Part shown: positions 20,757 through 32,185 of the stretch, one piece after another
Layout of the letters: each line of letters begins with the position of its first letter
Numbering within the stretch: the first letter of the stretch is position 1
Source of the DNA: an uncultured Actinomycetes bacterium
Lineage (GTDB): Bacteria; Actinomycetota; Thermoleophilia; RBG-16-64-13
Direction: 5' to 3'
Assembly: GCA_963814365.1 (NCBI GenBank)
Contig: CAWFCL010000004.1
Coordinates: forward strand, 495,659-559,658
DNA: 64,000 bases
Program-made: the position numbers and the translations under genes
The notes under the pieces: generated by a model
Told to the model about the DNA's origin: nothing
What the model saw: only the letters and a program-made list of their open reading frames with translations
The model's database searches: none

Positions 20757-21857
20757 ATGATGAAGCGGTTGACTATGCTAGTACTGATTCTCTTCAGTTC
20801 TTCTGTCCTGGCGATCGCTGGCTGCGGCGACCCTCCAATGGGTACGGTGTCTTCAGGTACTGGTTCTACGGTCGGTACGTCCGGGTCGGATGCAGCACTG
20901 ATTGATGACATATGGTCCTACGATTCAGCTGCCCAAGCCTGGGCGCGACTATCTCCCAAGGGGGAATTGCCACCCGCAGCCTCCCACGTCGTATACGACC
21001 AGGATGCAGGTCAGGCCATTCTGTTCTCACACGACTTGAGCCATCTGTGGCGCTATGACTACTCGCGGAATGCGTGGACGCACATTGAAGCAGGTGGCAG
21101 AATACCCTCCATGCGTCAGGCGGGGAAGTTGATCTACTGCTCAGCCGATCGCCAGGTACTACTTGTTGGGGGAATGGCTCCCGATCCCAGCGGGTCATCG
21201 GAGCGCAGGGTCGCGTTCTTGAATGACACATGGTCGTACGACGTGTCCGAGAATTTGTGGTCCGAAGTTGCCCCTACAGGTGATTCTCCTGAGCTGGGGC
21301 CACTCACGGCGATGGTCTACGATTCAAGTAGGGGGCGGGTGGTAGTGTTCTCGGGCCAGCCCGACCGAGAGTCCACGGTCACGAACGACACCTGGTCGTA
21401 CGATCCTCTGCAGAACTCCTGGACAGCATTGGGACGGCCGGAGGGTCCACTGGTGATTCTGCGCGAGTACTCAGCCGTGTACGTTCCCTCAGTAGACAGG
21501 GTCCTCCTGTTCGGTGGGGCTGACCTGGATGACCCGGGAGGTGCTTCGACTGCGGACTTGTGGGCGTACGACCCGGAAAGCAACACTTGGAGCGAGCTTC
21601 ATCCCGAAGGGGCAATGCCAGCAGGACGTCAACTTCCGGTCATGGTGTACGATCCTTGGGGTGACGCAGTTCTTCTTGCGGGAGGGATAAAGCAAGATGG
21701 AGGTACGGTCTCCGTTCTGAGCGACACGTGGTCCTACGATCCTTCGGCCAACATGTGGACTGAACTTCATCCTCGGGGAACAATGCAGCAGCCGGGCTGG
21801 TTTGACCGCGCCGTGTTCGATATCGCTGCCGGAAGGATGCTTGTCATCGGGCAGTAG
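20757..21857 (+). CDS. Predicted lipoprotein with Kelch beta-propeller repeats (partner of CT6)
   Basis: RBS GAGGAGG, ATG at 20757. Lipobox LAIAGC. Repeats of LLxGG...DTWSYDP...W. Confidence 0.88.
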   Translation: MMKRLTMLVLILFSSSVLAIAGCGDPPMGTVSSGTGSTVGTSGSDAALIDDIWSYDSAAQAWARLSPKGELPPAASHVVYDQDAGQAILFSHDLSHLWRYDYSRNAWTHIEAGGRIPSMRQAGKLIYCSADRQVLLVGGMAPDPSGSSERRVAFLNDTWSYDVSENLWSEVAPTGDSPELGPLTAMVYDSSRGRVVVFSGQPDRESTVTNDTWSYDPLQNSWTALGRPEGPLVILREYSAVYVPSVDRVLLFGGADLDDPGGASTADLWAYDPESNTWSELHPEGAMPAGRQLPVMVYDPWGDAVLLAGGIKQDGGTVSVLSDTWSYDPSANMWTELHPRGTMQQPGWFDRAVFDIAAGRMLVIGQ

Positions 21858-21986
21858 ATGCACGACTGCTTAAGGGTCTGCGCACGCGGTGACGAGTGGC
21901 GAAACCAACGTGTCCCGCGTCAACTTCTTTGGCCACTTTCCCCCCAAAATAGGTGTGGCTCTTCCAGGTAGATCTCGCGCACCAGC

Positions 21987-22596
21987 TGTAGTGCGCTCCC
22001 ACCTTGTTGACAAGGAAAGGCATCGGTGAAGAGCCCTTCAGTGCGGTGTGGGGTCGTTCGTTATTGTAGTAGCTGAGCCAGTCAGGAAGAAGGGCTAGGC
22101 GTCGTTCGTTCGTCCGGTACAGCTCAGCATAGGCCCACTCCTGCAGCAGGGTGCGGATGAAACGCTCGGCTTTGCCGTTGGTCTGGGGACGATAGGGTCG
22201 AGTCGTGTGCTGCCGGATGCCAAAGTCGGTCAGGACCTGACGGAAGAGGTGGGATCTGGTGTAGTAGAAGGCCTGGTCGGTGAGGATCGCTTCTACCTTC
22301 GCCTCGTATTCGGCAAAGTGCTCACAGGCCCGCCCAAGGAAATCAGCCGTGGTACTGCCCTTCTCATCAGGTAGGACCTCTACATAGGCCACACGCGAGC
22401 AGTCGTCGATGGCCACATGCAGGAACTCATACCTCGCCCGCCGCCGGCGTTGCTCGGCCATGGTGGCGGGGGTGCGGCCATGCATGCGATGGCCCCCTCC
22501 GTCGGGGATGCGGGCCAGCTTCTTGGTATCTAGATGCAGGAGTTCACCCGGCCGCTCCTTCTGATAGCGGATGACCTCTCTCGTGGTGCGATCCAG
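21987..22596 (-). mobile_element. IS481-family element, 3' half
   Basis: RYQKERPGELLHLDTKKL...HVAIDD.SR...RPYRPQTNGKAERFIRT...YNNERPH. The terminal TGT is at 21987. The 5' part is replaced by IS3 DNA. Confidence 0.88.
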
Positions 22597-23210
22597 AGAA
22601 GTGGCCGGGTGAAACTGGAGAGCCTCTTAGGTGATACTGCCCCCCATGCGCAACAAGACATGGAGGAGTATCTACGATGTCAAGAAGACCCGGGCGCAAC
22701 CATTCGCCCGCCTTTAAGGCCAGGGTGGCTTTGGAGGCCCTCAAGGGCGAACAGCCCGTCGTCGTTATCGCCGAACGCTTCGACGTACATCCGAACCAGA
22801 TCACCAAGTGGAAGCGTCAGCTCCTGGAAAGGGCGGCGGCAGTCTTCGGAGAGGATGAACAGGCTAGGGATAGGGAGGAGGGTCCGAACATAGTCGAGCT
22901 TCACGCCAAGATCGGCCGGCTCACCATGGAGAACGATTTTTTGGCCGGTGCGCTCGGGCGCGAACGCGGAACGAGCGCAAGATGATGATCGACAGGACCC
23001 ACTCTCTACCCTTGACCGGGCAGGCTCTTCTTTTGGGACTATCTCGTTCCAGCCTCTACTACCGACCGGCAGAGACGAGCGAGACGGGTCTGAGCTTGAT
23101 GGCCGCCATCGACAAGACCCACTTGGAGCTGCCTTTCTACGGAGCCCGGAGGATCCAGGGGTAACTGTGAGAGAGGGGCTTCTCGGTAGGGCGGGACCAT
23201 GTCTCCTGTC
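22597..23210 (+). mobile_element. IS3-family element, truncated (orfA 22677-22985 plus start of orfB)
   Basis: OrfA MSRRPGRNHSPAFKARVALEA...VHPNQITKWKRQL...LHAKIGRLTMENDFL. OrfB start LLGLSRSSLYY...PFYGARRI, then stops. Ends are approximate. Confidence 0.85.
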
Positions 23211-23424
23211 TTGCCTCGGGTATTGGATATATCGACCTGCAAGTTAGGTGCGTATGGAGAGAGGAATGGGGCCACTGAATTGACGCCAATATCAGCAGGT
23301 CCAGATCGGTGCGCGCCGCGTTGTTGCCTGCGGAGACTGTTGATGATGAACTCTGAGTGTCGACACGCGCATGTCTGATTGGAGTGCCTTCGTGTGGTCC
23401 GGCCCCAATATGAGTACAGCCAGA

Positions 23425-23453
23425 TTGACCACAGTTAGCAAATCTGCTAACTT
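23425..23453 (+). promoter_or_regulatory. Sigma70-like promoter with overlapping palindromic operator; leaderless TA transcript
   Basis: TTGACC-17bp-TAACTT. Inverted repeat AGTTAGCA-aatc-TGCTAACT (23433-23452). GTG start 6 nt after the -10 box. Confidence 0.75.
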
Positions 23454-23459
23454 GGTCTC

Positions 23460-23786
23460 GTGACCTACTCCGTCGAATACTTCAACGGGCGCGTACTCAA
23501 GGAGATCGAGTCGTGGCCGGTTGGGATCCTGGCGGACTACGCACGGCTGGTCGAACTTCTGATGGAGTTCGGGGCTTTGCTCAAGATGCCTCATTCACGT
23601 CCCTTGGGTGACGGGCTCTTCGAGCTTCGGCCCCGAGGGTCGGAGGGGATCGGACGGGCGCTGTTTTGCTTCATGGTAGGGCAGCGCGTCGTGGTACTCC
23701 ATGCCTTCGTCAAGAAGTCGCAGACCACACCGCAATCCGACTTGGCTGTTGCTCGCAAGAGAATGAAGGAGGTGCGCGATGCCTAA
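23460..23786 (+). CDS. RelE/HigB-like (Gp49/DUF891) toxin
   Basis: MPHSRPLGDGLFELRPRGSEGIGRALF...VVLHAFVKKSQTTP. Toxin-first gene order. Confidence 0.88.
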   Translation: MTYSVEYFNGRVLKEIESWPVGILADYARLVELLMEFGALLKMPHSRPLGDGLFELRPRGSEGIGRALFCFMVGQRVVVLHAFVKKSQTTPQSDLAVARKRMKEVRDA

Positions 23787-24096
23787 GACTGAATACGAGC
23801 CGATACCTCACGATCACGGAGCCTTTCTGGAGAAGGCTCTGGCGCGCAAAGGTTTTGCCGAGGCCTACGTGGGTCTTGAAGATGAGTATGGGCTGGTGCG
23901 CGAACTGCTAGCCGCCAGGCTGAACGCAGGGCTGACCCAGGAGCAGGTGGCGGTATCCATGGGTACTACCAAGAGCGCGGTCTCCAGGCTTGAGGGCGTC
24001 GGCGCTCACTCTCCCTCGGTGAGCACGCTCAAGAAGTATGCCGAGGCAGTCGGCTGCGCTGTGGAGATCAGACTCGTACCGGAGTCCCGAGGCTAA
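23779..24096 (+). CDS. HigA-like XRE HTH antitoxin
   Basis: ARLNAGLTQEQVAVSMGTTKSAVSRLE...PSVSTLKKYA. Overlaps the toxin stop. Confidence 0.9.
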   Translation: MPKTEYEPIPHDHGAFLEKALARKGFAEAYVGLEDEYGLVRELLAARLNAGLTQEQVAVSMGTTKSAVSRLEGVGAHSPSVSTLKKYAEAVGCAVEIRLVPESRG

Positions 24097-24109
24097 CCGA
24101 AGGTCTGCT

Positions 24110-24187
24110 GTCAAGACTGAAGAGCAGCGACGCTCGCTGACCATGTCCGTTCCGGGACAGAATAGAATCCAGAGGTGGTTGGGACGG
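24110..24187 (+). repeat. 78-bp dispersed direct repeat, copy 2 (ATG changed to ACG, no MNT gene follows)
   Basis: Matches 9871-9948 with 8 mismatches. Confidence 0.9.
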
Positions 24188-24219
24188 ATCCCCGCAGTAC
24201 CTGTTCGACATGTGGTCGC

Positions 24220-24248
24220 TTGACGGAGCGGGCATAGATAAGTAGCAT
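24220..24248 (+). promoter_or_regulatory. Candidate sigma70-like promoter of hppA
   Basis: TTGACG-17bp-TAGCAT. Confidence 0.5.
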
Positions 24249-24393
24249 TGGCTTCTGGAATCGCCCTCCCAAGGGGACTTCAGCGTGGACGACGAGCGCT
24301 CCTGTCGCAGAAGAGGGAGAGCCGGGCTCGTTCCGCTTCTGGGAAAGCTCCGTATCACTACTGCCACAATGGCTGAGAAGGAGGCAACACTGC

Positions 24394-26946
<2,553 letters not shown>

Positions 26947-26998
26947 CAAATGGGTGCCGTGTCGCCTTCTGGCGACGCGGACCTAGAAGTGAGTTTCG

Positions 26999-27031
26999 GG
27001 CGGCCCGCCGCGCACCGCGCGGCGGGCCGCC
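26999..27031 (+). terminator. 15-bp perfect stem-loop after hppA
   Basis: GGCGGCCCGCCGCGC-acc-GCGCGGCGGGCCGCC followed by a weak T-rich tail. Confidence 0.65.
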
Positions 27032-27108
27032 TCCTTGTGTATCTTGACGCAGGCGGCTTCTGAGAGGATAAATGGGGCCGTCCGTCTGAGTCTCGAAAGG
27101 GTGGGTAG

Positions 27109-28992
27109 TTGAAGCCTCGCGCTGTCCTGAAGCGTGCACTTCTAGGTCGTCCGATCTCGACTGCTCAGGAGATGCAGGAGCGGCTGCCAAAGAAGTACGC
27201 TCTTCCCGTGTTCTCCTCCGACGCCATCTCTTCTACGGCATACGCCACCGAGGAGATACTGCTGGCCCTGTTGGCCGCGGGTACGGCCGCGGCGCTGTTC
27301 TCGATGTACATAGCGGTGGCGGTGGTGGTCTTGCTGGTGTTCGTCGCGCTCTCGTACCAGCAGACGGTGCACGCGTATCCAGGCGGCGGTGGCTCGTACG
27401 TGGTGAGCAGGGAGAATCTCGGCCTACTGCCGGGCATGATCGCTGCCGGGTCGCTCATGGTGGACTACGTCATGACGGTGGCCGTGAGCGTGGCCTCGGG
27501 AACCGCCGCCATTTTCGCTGCTTTTCCGGCGCTGGCTGCGGGCGGGCATGCTGATCGCAATCGGATACTCATCTGCGTAGGCCTGATCATCCTGGTAGCG
27601 TTGGCCAACCTGCGCGGAGTGCGTGAGTCGGGGCGTATCTTCGCGATTCCCACCTATCTGTTCATCACGTTGTGCGGTGGACTTGTGATCGTGGGGCTGA
27701 TCCGCTGGGCCACCGGCAGTCTGGCCCCGACTCCAGCGCCGAGCGGCACTACCACGGTGCAGGGGGCCGCTTTGGCGTGGATAATTCTCAGGGCTTTCTC
27801 GGGTGGATGCTCGGCCATGACCGGCACAGAGGCTATCTCGAACGCCGTACCCGTCTTCAAGGCGCCTGAGAGCAAGAACGCTTCGATGACCCTAGGGATC
27901 ATGGCGACCGTACTGGCTTTCTTGCTTCTAGGCGTCACGGGGCTAGGCCGGGTGCTGCACATCGTGCCCGATGAGGGCAACACGGTGCTTGGGCAGATAG
28001 GGCACGCCGTTTACGGCGGAGGCTTCTTCTTCTATGCGCTGCAGATCGCGACGATGTTCATCTTGGTCCTGGCGGCCAACACGAGCTTCACGGGCTTCCC
28101 ACGGCTTGCCTCGGTGCTGGCCCATGATCGTCTGATGCCCCGGCAGTTCATGAACCGTGGAGACCGGCTGGTCTTCTCGAACGGCATTGTGGGGCTGACT
28201 CTAGCGGCGATCGTCATACTTATCGTCTATAGGGCGAAGGTGCACAGCCTCATCCCGCTCTACGCGGTGGGCGTGTTCACCAGTTTCACTCTGTCGCAGG
28301 CGGGTATGGTGGTCCGCTGGTTCCGACTGCGTACACCAGGCTGGCGGCGCCGCGCCATCATGAACGGCGTGGGCGCGCTACTCACCGGAGTGGTCACGAT
28401 AGTCGTGCTGGTCACCAAGTTCACGCACGGCGCGTACATAGTGGTGATCGCAGTTATACTGCTGGTCTTGGGCTTCTACCGCGTGCGTAGTCACTACCTG
28501 CGGGTGGCGAGCTTCTTGGCCCCGCAGGGCGAGGCTCAGTTGGAGCGCCTGGGCCGGGTGGCTGTTTCGCGTCCCAGGACGACGGTGGTGCTGTTCGTGT
28601 CTCAGGTGAACGAACTCACCGCTCGTTCACTGGCTCTCGGTCGCGGTCTTTCTCCCGACGATTTTCACGCTGTCACCATCGGCAGTGATCCTCCAAGTGT
28701 TCTGTCTCTGCAGCGGACGTGGGCCGAGATGGAGATAGACGTACCCTTGGTGGTGATCGATTCCCCCTACAGGGAGTTCACACGGCCTGCTATCGAATAC
28801 GTCAGATCGCTCAAACCGGGTCGCGGGCACACGGTCACCGTTGTCATCCCGGAGTTCGTAGTCGAGCATTGGTGGGAGAATTTTCTGCACAACCAGAACG
28901 CGCTCCGACTCAAGGCGGCGCTGCTTCGGGTACCATGGGTTGTTGTGATCAGCATCCCCTTTCATATCGGCACGCCCCTTGAGGATGAGTGA
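27109..28992 (+). CDS. APC-family permease, KimA/YdaO-like (copy 1)
   Basis: FSSDAISSTAYATEEIL, YPGGGGSY, NLRGVRESG, TGTEAISN, C-terminal soluble domain ...WWENFLHNQ. Confidence 0.9.
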   Translation: MKPRAVLKRALLGRPISTAQEMQERLPKKYALPVFSSDAISSTAYATEEILLALLAAGTAAALFSMYIAVAVVVLLVFVALSYQQTVHAYPGGGGSYVVSRENLGLLPGMIAAGSLMVDYVMTVAVSVASGTAAIFAAFPALAAGGHADRNRILICVGLIILVALANLRGVRESGRIFAIPTYLFITLCGGLVIVGLIRWATGSLAPTPAPSGTTTVQGAALAWIILRAFSGGCSAMTGTEAISNAVPVFKAPESKNASMTLGIMATVLAFLLLGVTGLGRVLHIVPDEGNTVLGQIGHAVYGGGFFFYALQIATMFILVLAANTSFTGFPRLASVLAHDRLMPRQFMNRGDRLVFSNGIVGLTLAAIVILIVYRAKVHSLIPLYAVGVFTSFTLSQAGMVVRWFRLRTPGWRRRAIMNGVGALLTGVVTIVVLVTKFTHGAYIVVIAVILLVLGFYRVRSHYLRVASFLAPQGEAQLERLGRVAVSRPRTTVVLFVSQVNELTARSLALGRGLSPDDFHAVTIGSDPPSVLSLQRTWAEMEIDVPLVVIDSPYREFTRPAIEYVRSLKPGRGHTVTVVIPEFVVEHWWENFLHNQNALRLKAALLRVPWVVVISIPFHIGTPLEDE

Positions 28993-30878
28993 GGGTGAGT
29001 AGGGCATCCACCTTCAAGCGGGTCCTGCTTGGACGCCCGTTGGCCACCGCTGAACAGCACCAGGAGCGTCTGCCCAAGAAGTTCGCGCTGCCTGTCTTCT
29101 CGGCGGACGCCATCTCGTCCACGGCGTATGCGACCGAAGAGATACTGCTTGCCCTAGTGGCGGCCGGAACGGCCGCGCTGGTGTGGTCGCCGCTCATAGC
29201 TCTCGCTGTCGCGGGTCTGCTGGCTATCGTGGCTCTTTCGTACCGACAGACCGTATATGCGTATCCGAATGGGGGCGGATCGTATCAGGTCAGTCGTACC
29301 AACTTGGGCCTGGCTCCCGGGATGGTGGCCGCGGCGTCGCTGATGGTGGGCTACGTGGCGACGGTCGCGGTGAGCATATCTTCGGGTGTGGCCGCCATCA
29401 CGTCGGCTTTCCCCGCAGCCTATCAATACCGCGTGTGGATATGTATCGGCATGGTGGCGCTCATGGCCGTCGCCAATCTGCGGGGGGTCCGGGAATCGGG
29501 ACGCATCTTTGCCGCTCCCACGTATCTGTTCGTGCTCTTGTGCGCCGGCCTCGTGGTGGTGGGACTCATCCGGTGGCTGATGGGCGATCTGCCCGCCGTT
29601 TCGCCAGAGCAATACACAGAGACCGCGAAGCAAAGTGCTAAGGCCTTGACCGCTTTTGTGGTACTCAGGGCGTTTGCGAGTGGGTGCGTGGCCATGACGG
29701 GTACGGAGGCGATCGCCAACGCCGTGCCTGATTTCAAAGAGCCCGAGAGCAAGAACGCTGCACAGACGCTGGCCATCATGGCCGGACTTCTTGGCTTCCT
29801 GTTGCTCGGGGTGACAGTTCTGGCCCAAGTCGTCAAGGTTCAACCGCTCGAGAGCGACACCATACTCAGCCAGATCTCTCGCTTGGTCTACGGCGACGGC
29901 AGCTTCTTCTACTACGCTCTCCAGATAGCGACCACCGCTATCCTCGTCATCGGGGCCAACACCTGTTACGCGGGCTTTCCGCGTCTGTCATCGGTCATGG
30001 CCCGTGATGGGCTCGTGCCCAGACAGTTCATGAACCGCGGGGACCGCCTGGTGTTCTCCAACGGCATCATAGGGCTCACTCTGGCCTCCATAGTGATCAT
30101 CATCATCTTCAAGGCCGACACTCATCGCATAATCCCGTTCTATGCGCTGGGGGTGTTCATAGGCTTCACTCTGTCCCAAATGGGCATGGTGGTTCACTGG
30201 CGGAGACTCCGGTCGAAGGGGTGGGTACCCAAGGCGGCCATGAACGCGTTTGGGGCTCTGCTGACCGGCGTGGTCGCGGGGGTGATCCTGTACACCAAAT
30301 TTACACAGGGCGCCTGGATAGTGGTGGCTGCGGTGCCGGTGCTGGTGGGTCTCTTCTACTTGGTCAGGAGTCACTACCTCAAGATATCCGGAGCCTTGGA
30401 GCCACAGAGCGCTGAGGACCTGGCGGAACTCGGACTTGCGGCGGGTGAAGTCCCGCGCAGTACGGCGGTTGTCTTTGTAGCTCAAGTGAACTACATGACT
30501 GCGCGGGCCCTCGCTTTGGCCAAGGCGCTGTCTCCGGACGAGTTGCGGGTCGTCACCATCAGCAACGACCCTGACAGATCGCTGCGGCTGCAGGCCACCT
30601 GGGCGCAGCTGGGGCTGGGCGCCCCCCTGCAGGTTGTGGACTCACCCTACAGAGAGTTCGTGCGACCGGCAGCAGACTATGTGAAGTCTCTGAATCCGAG
30701 CAGCAAGCATTGGGTCACTGTGCTGATTCCGGAGTTCGTGGTAGAACATTGGTGGGAAGAACTACTTCATAATCAGGACGCAAGGCGTCTCAAGATGTCT
30801 CTGCTTAGAGTGCCGTGGGTGGGAGTAATGAGCGTGCCGCTGCATGTAGGGGCGATCGAACCAGGAGCTGACAAGTGA
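28989..30878 (+). CDS. APC-family permease, KimA/YdaO-like (copy 2)
   Basis: Same motifs as copy 1. The start overlaps or abuts the copy 1 stop. Confidence 0.9.
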   Translation: MRVSRASTFKRVLLGRPLATAEQHQERLPKKFALPVFSADAISSTAYATEEILLALVAAGTAALVWSPLIALAVAGLLAIVALSYRQTVYAYPNGGGSYQVSRTNLGLAPGMVAAASLMVGYVATVAVSISSGVAAITSAFPAAYQYRVWICIGMVALMAVANLRGVRESGRIFAAPTYLFVLLCAGLVVVGLIRWLMGDLPAVSPEQYTETAKQSAKALTAFVVLRAFASGCVAMTGTEAIANAVPDFKEPESKNAAQTLAIMAGLLGFLLLGVTVLAQVVKVQPLESDTILSQISRLVYGDGSFFYYALQIATTAILVIGANTCYAGFPRLSSVMARDGLVPRQFMNRGDRLVFSNGIIGLTLASIVIIIIFKADTHRIIPFYALGVFIGFTLSQMGMVVHWRRLRSKGWVPKAAMNAFGALLTGVVAGVILYTKFTQGAWIVVAAVPVLVGLFYLVRSHYLKISGALEPQSAEDLAELGLAAGEVPRSTAVVFVAQVNYMTARALALAKALSPDELRVVTISNDPDRSLRLQATWAQLGLGAPLQVVDSPYREFVRPAADYVKSLNPSSKHWVTVLIPEFVVEHWWEELLHNQDARRLKMSLLRVPWVGVMSVPLHVGAIEPGADK

Positions 30879-32185
30879 GCGTATCCCGTCAACAAGCGAT
30901 GGAAGCAGACCTCATCATCCGGGGGGCGGGACAGCTTCTAACCTGCCCCAGAGCAGCCGTCGGCGAGCGCGGGCAAGCGTCCTTGGGAGTCATCGAGGAT
31001 GGGGCTCTGGCCGTTCACGACGGGAGGATCGTCTGGGCGGGTAAGACCTCTGACCTCAGAGATGAGGTCTCACTGATCAGAGGCGGGAACGAGGTCGATG
31101 CCGAAGGCCGGGTGGTCATGCCGGGTTTGGTGGAGTGTCACGCCCACATCGCGTGGGCTTCTGATCGAGCGGACGAATACCAGTCTCGCCTCGGAGGCGC
31201 CAGCATCCAGGAGTTGAACGCCGCTGGGGGCGGCATCATGAGCACCGTCGAAGCTACGCGAGTGGCGTCCAGCGAGGAACTGCGGGCCATCACGCGTAGG
31301 CGTCTAGATCACTTTCTGCGCTACGGGGTCACCACGGTGGAGGCCAAGAGCGGCTACGGTCTGAGCGTAGAGCAAGAGATACGGCTGTTAGAGGTATACC
31401 GGGACGTGGGGATGGCGCACCCCGTGGATGTGGTGCCCACCTTGCTGGCGGCGGATCTTGTCCCACCGGAGTTCGACGGCCAAGCCGACGAGTATCTGAG
31501 CGTGGTCATCAAGAAACTCATCCCGCATGTGGTCAAGCACGGTCTCGCGAGGTTCTGCGACGCCTTCTGCGAAGAGGGTAACTACACTGCCGAGCAGTGT
31601 CGCCGAGTGCTCGAGGCCGGTGCCGAGGCGGGGCTGTTGCCCAAGCTGCACGGTGACCAGCACAGCAACACTGGTGCGGCGGAGCTGGCCGCAGAAATAG
31701 GCGCGGTCTCTGTGGACCATGTGGACCGCATAAGTGACGCAGGTATCGAGGCTCTGGCGGCGCCTCGTGGTGAGAAGCGTGTGCCGGTGGCCGTGCTGCT
31801 ACCGGGCGCCACCTTCTTCTTGGGCGAGGGAGGCCAGGCGCCCGCGCGTCGCCTGCTGGACGCAGGGGCGCGGGTGGCGCTCAGCACCGATCTCAACCCC
31901 GGATCCAGTCCCACAGAGAACCTGTGGCTGATGGCCACCATGGGCTGTTCGCAGCTGAAGATGACGGCCGAGGAAGTAATACGGGGCATCACCATTGAAG
32001 CGGCGGCGGCGCTGGCCATGGAGGACGAAGTGGGCGGTCTTGAGGTGGGCAAGAAGGCCGACATCTTGATCTTGGACAGCAACCGGTACGTTCAGATACC
32101 CTACCGGTATGGAATGAACCCGGTATGGCGGGTGTTCAAGGACGGTCAGATGGTCGTCAAGCGGGACCTGGCGAACAGGCTCTAG
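30875..32185 (+). CDS. hutI: Imidazolonepropionase-like amidohydrolase
   Basis: PGLVECHAH, GGGIMSTVEATR, GVTTVEAKSGYGL, STDLNPGSSP. Confidence 0.85.
   Translation: MSVSRQQAMEADLIIRGAGQLLTCPRAAVGERGQASLGVIEDGALAVHDGRIVWAGKTSDLRDEVSLIRGGNEVDAEGRVVMPGLVECHAHIAWASDRADEYQSRLGGASIQELNAAGGGIMSTVEATRVASSEELRAITRRRLDHFLRYGVTTVEAKSGYGLSVEQEIRLLEVYRDVGMAHPVDVVPTLLAADLVPPEFDGQADEYLSVVIKKLIPHVVKHGLARFCDAFCEEGNYTAEQCRRVLEAGAEAGLLPKLHGDQHSNTGAAELAAEIGAVSVDHVDRISDAGIEALAAPRGEKRVPVAVLLPGATFFLGEGGQAPARRLLDAGARVALSTDLNPGSSPTENLWLMATMGCSQLKMTAEEVIRGITIEAAAALAMEDEVGGLEVGKKADILILDSNRYVQIPYRYGMNPVWRVFKDGQMVVKRDLANRL

Noticed and set aside
3-21857. Diversity-generating retroelement or integron as the source of cassette diversity
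   Set aside because: No reverse transcriptase or integrase in the window, no adenine-specific TR/VR pair noticed, and no regular attC sites. The junctions fall at variable positions in the Rhs core.
23211-23246. LASGIGYIDLQV as a PIN/VapC toxin remnant
   Set aside because: Only 12 residues of resemblance, too short to support a call.
24250-24393. c-di-AMP (ydaO) or other riboswitch upstream of hppA and the kimA-like genes
   Set aside because: The context is suggestive, but I cannot see the ydaO consensus here or at 27032-27108. An Infernal/Rfam scan would decide.
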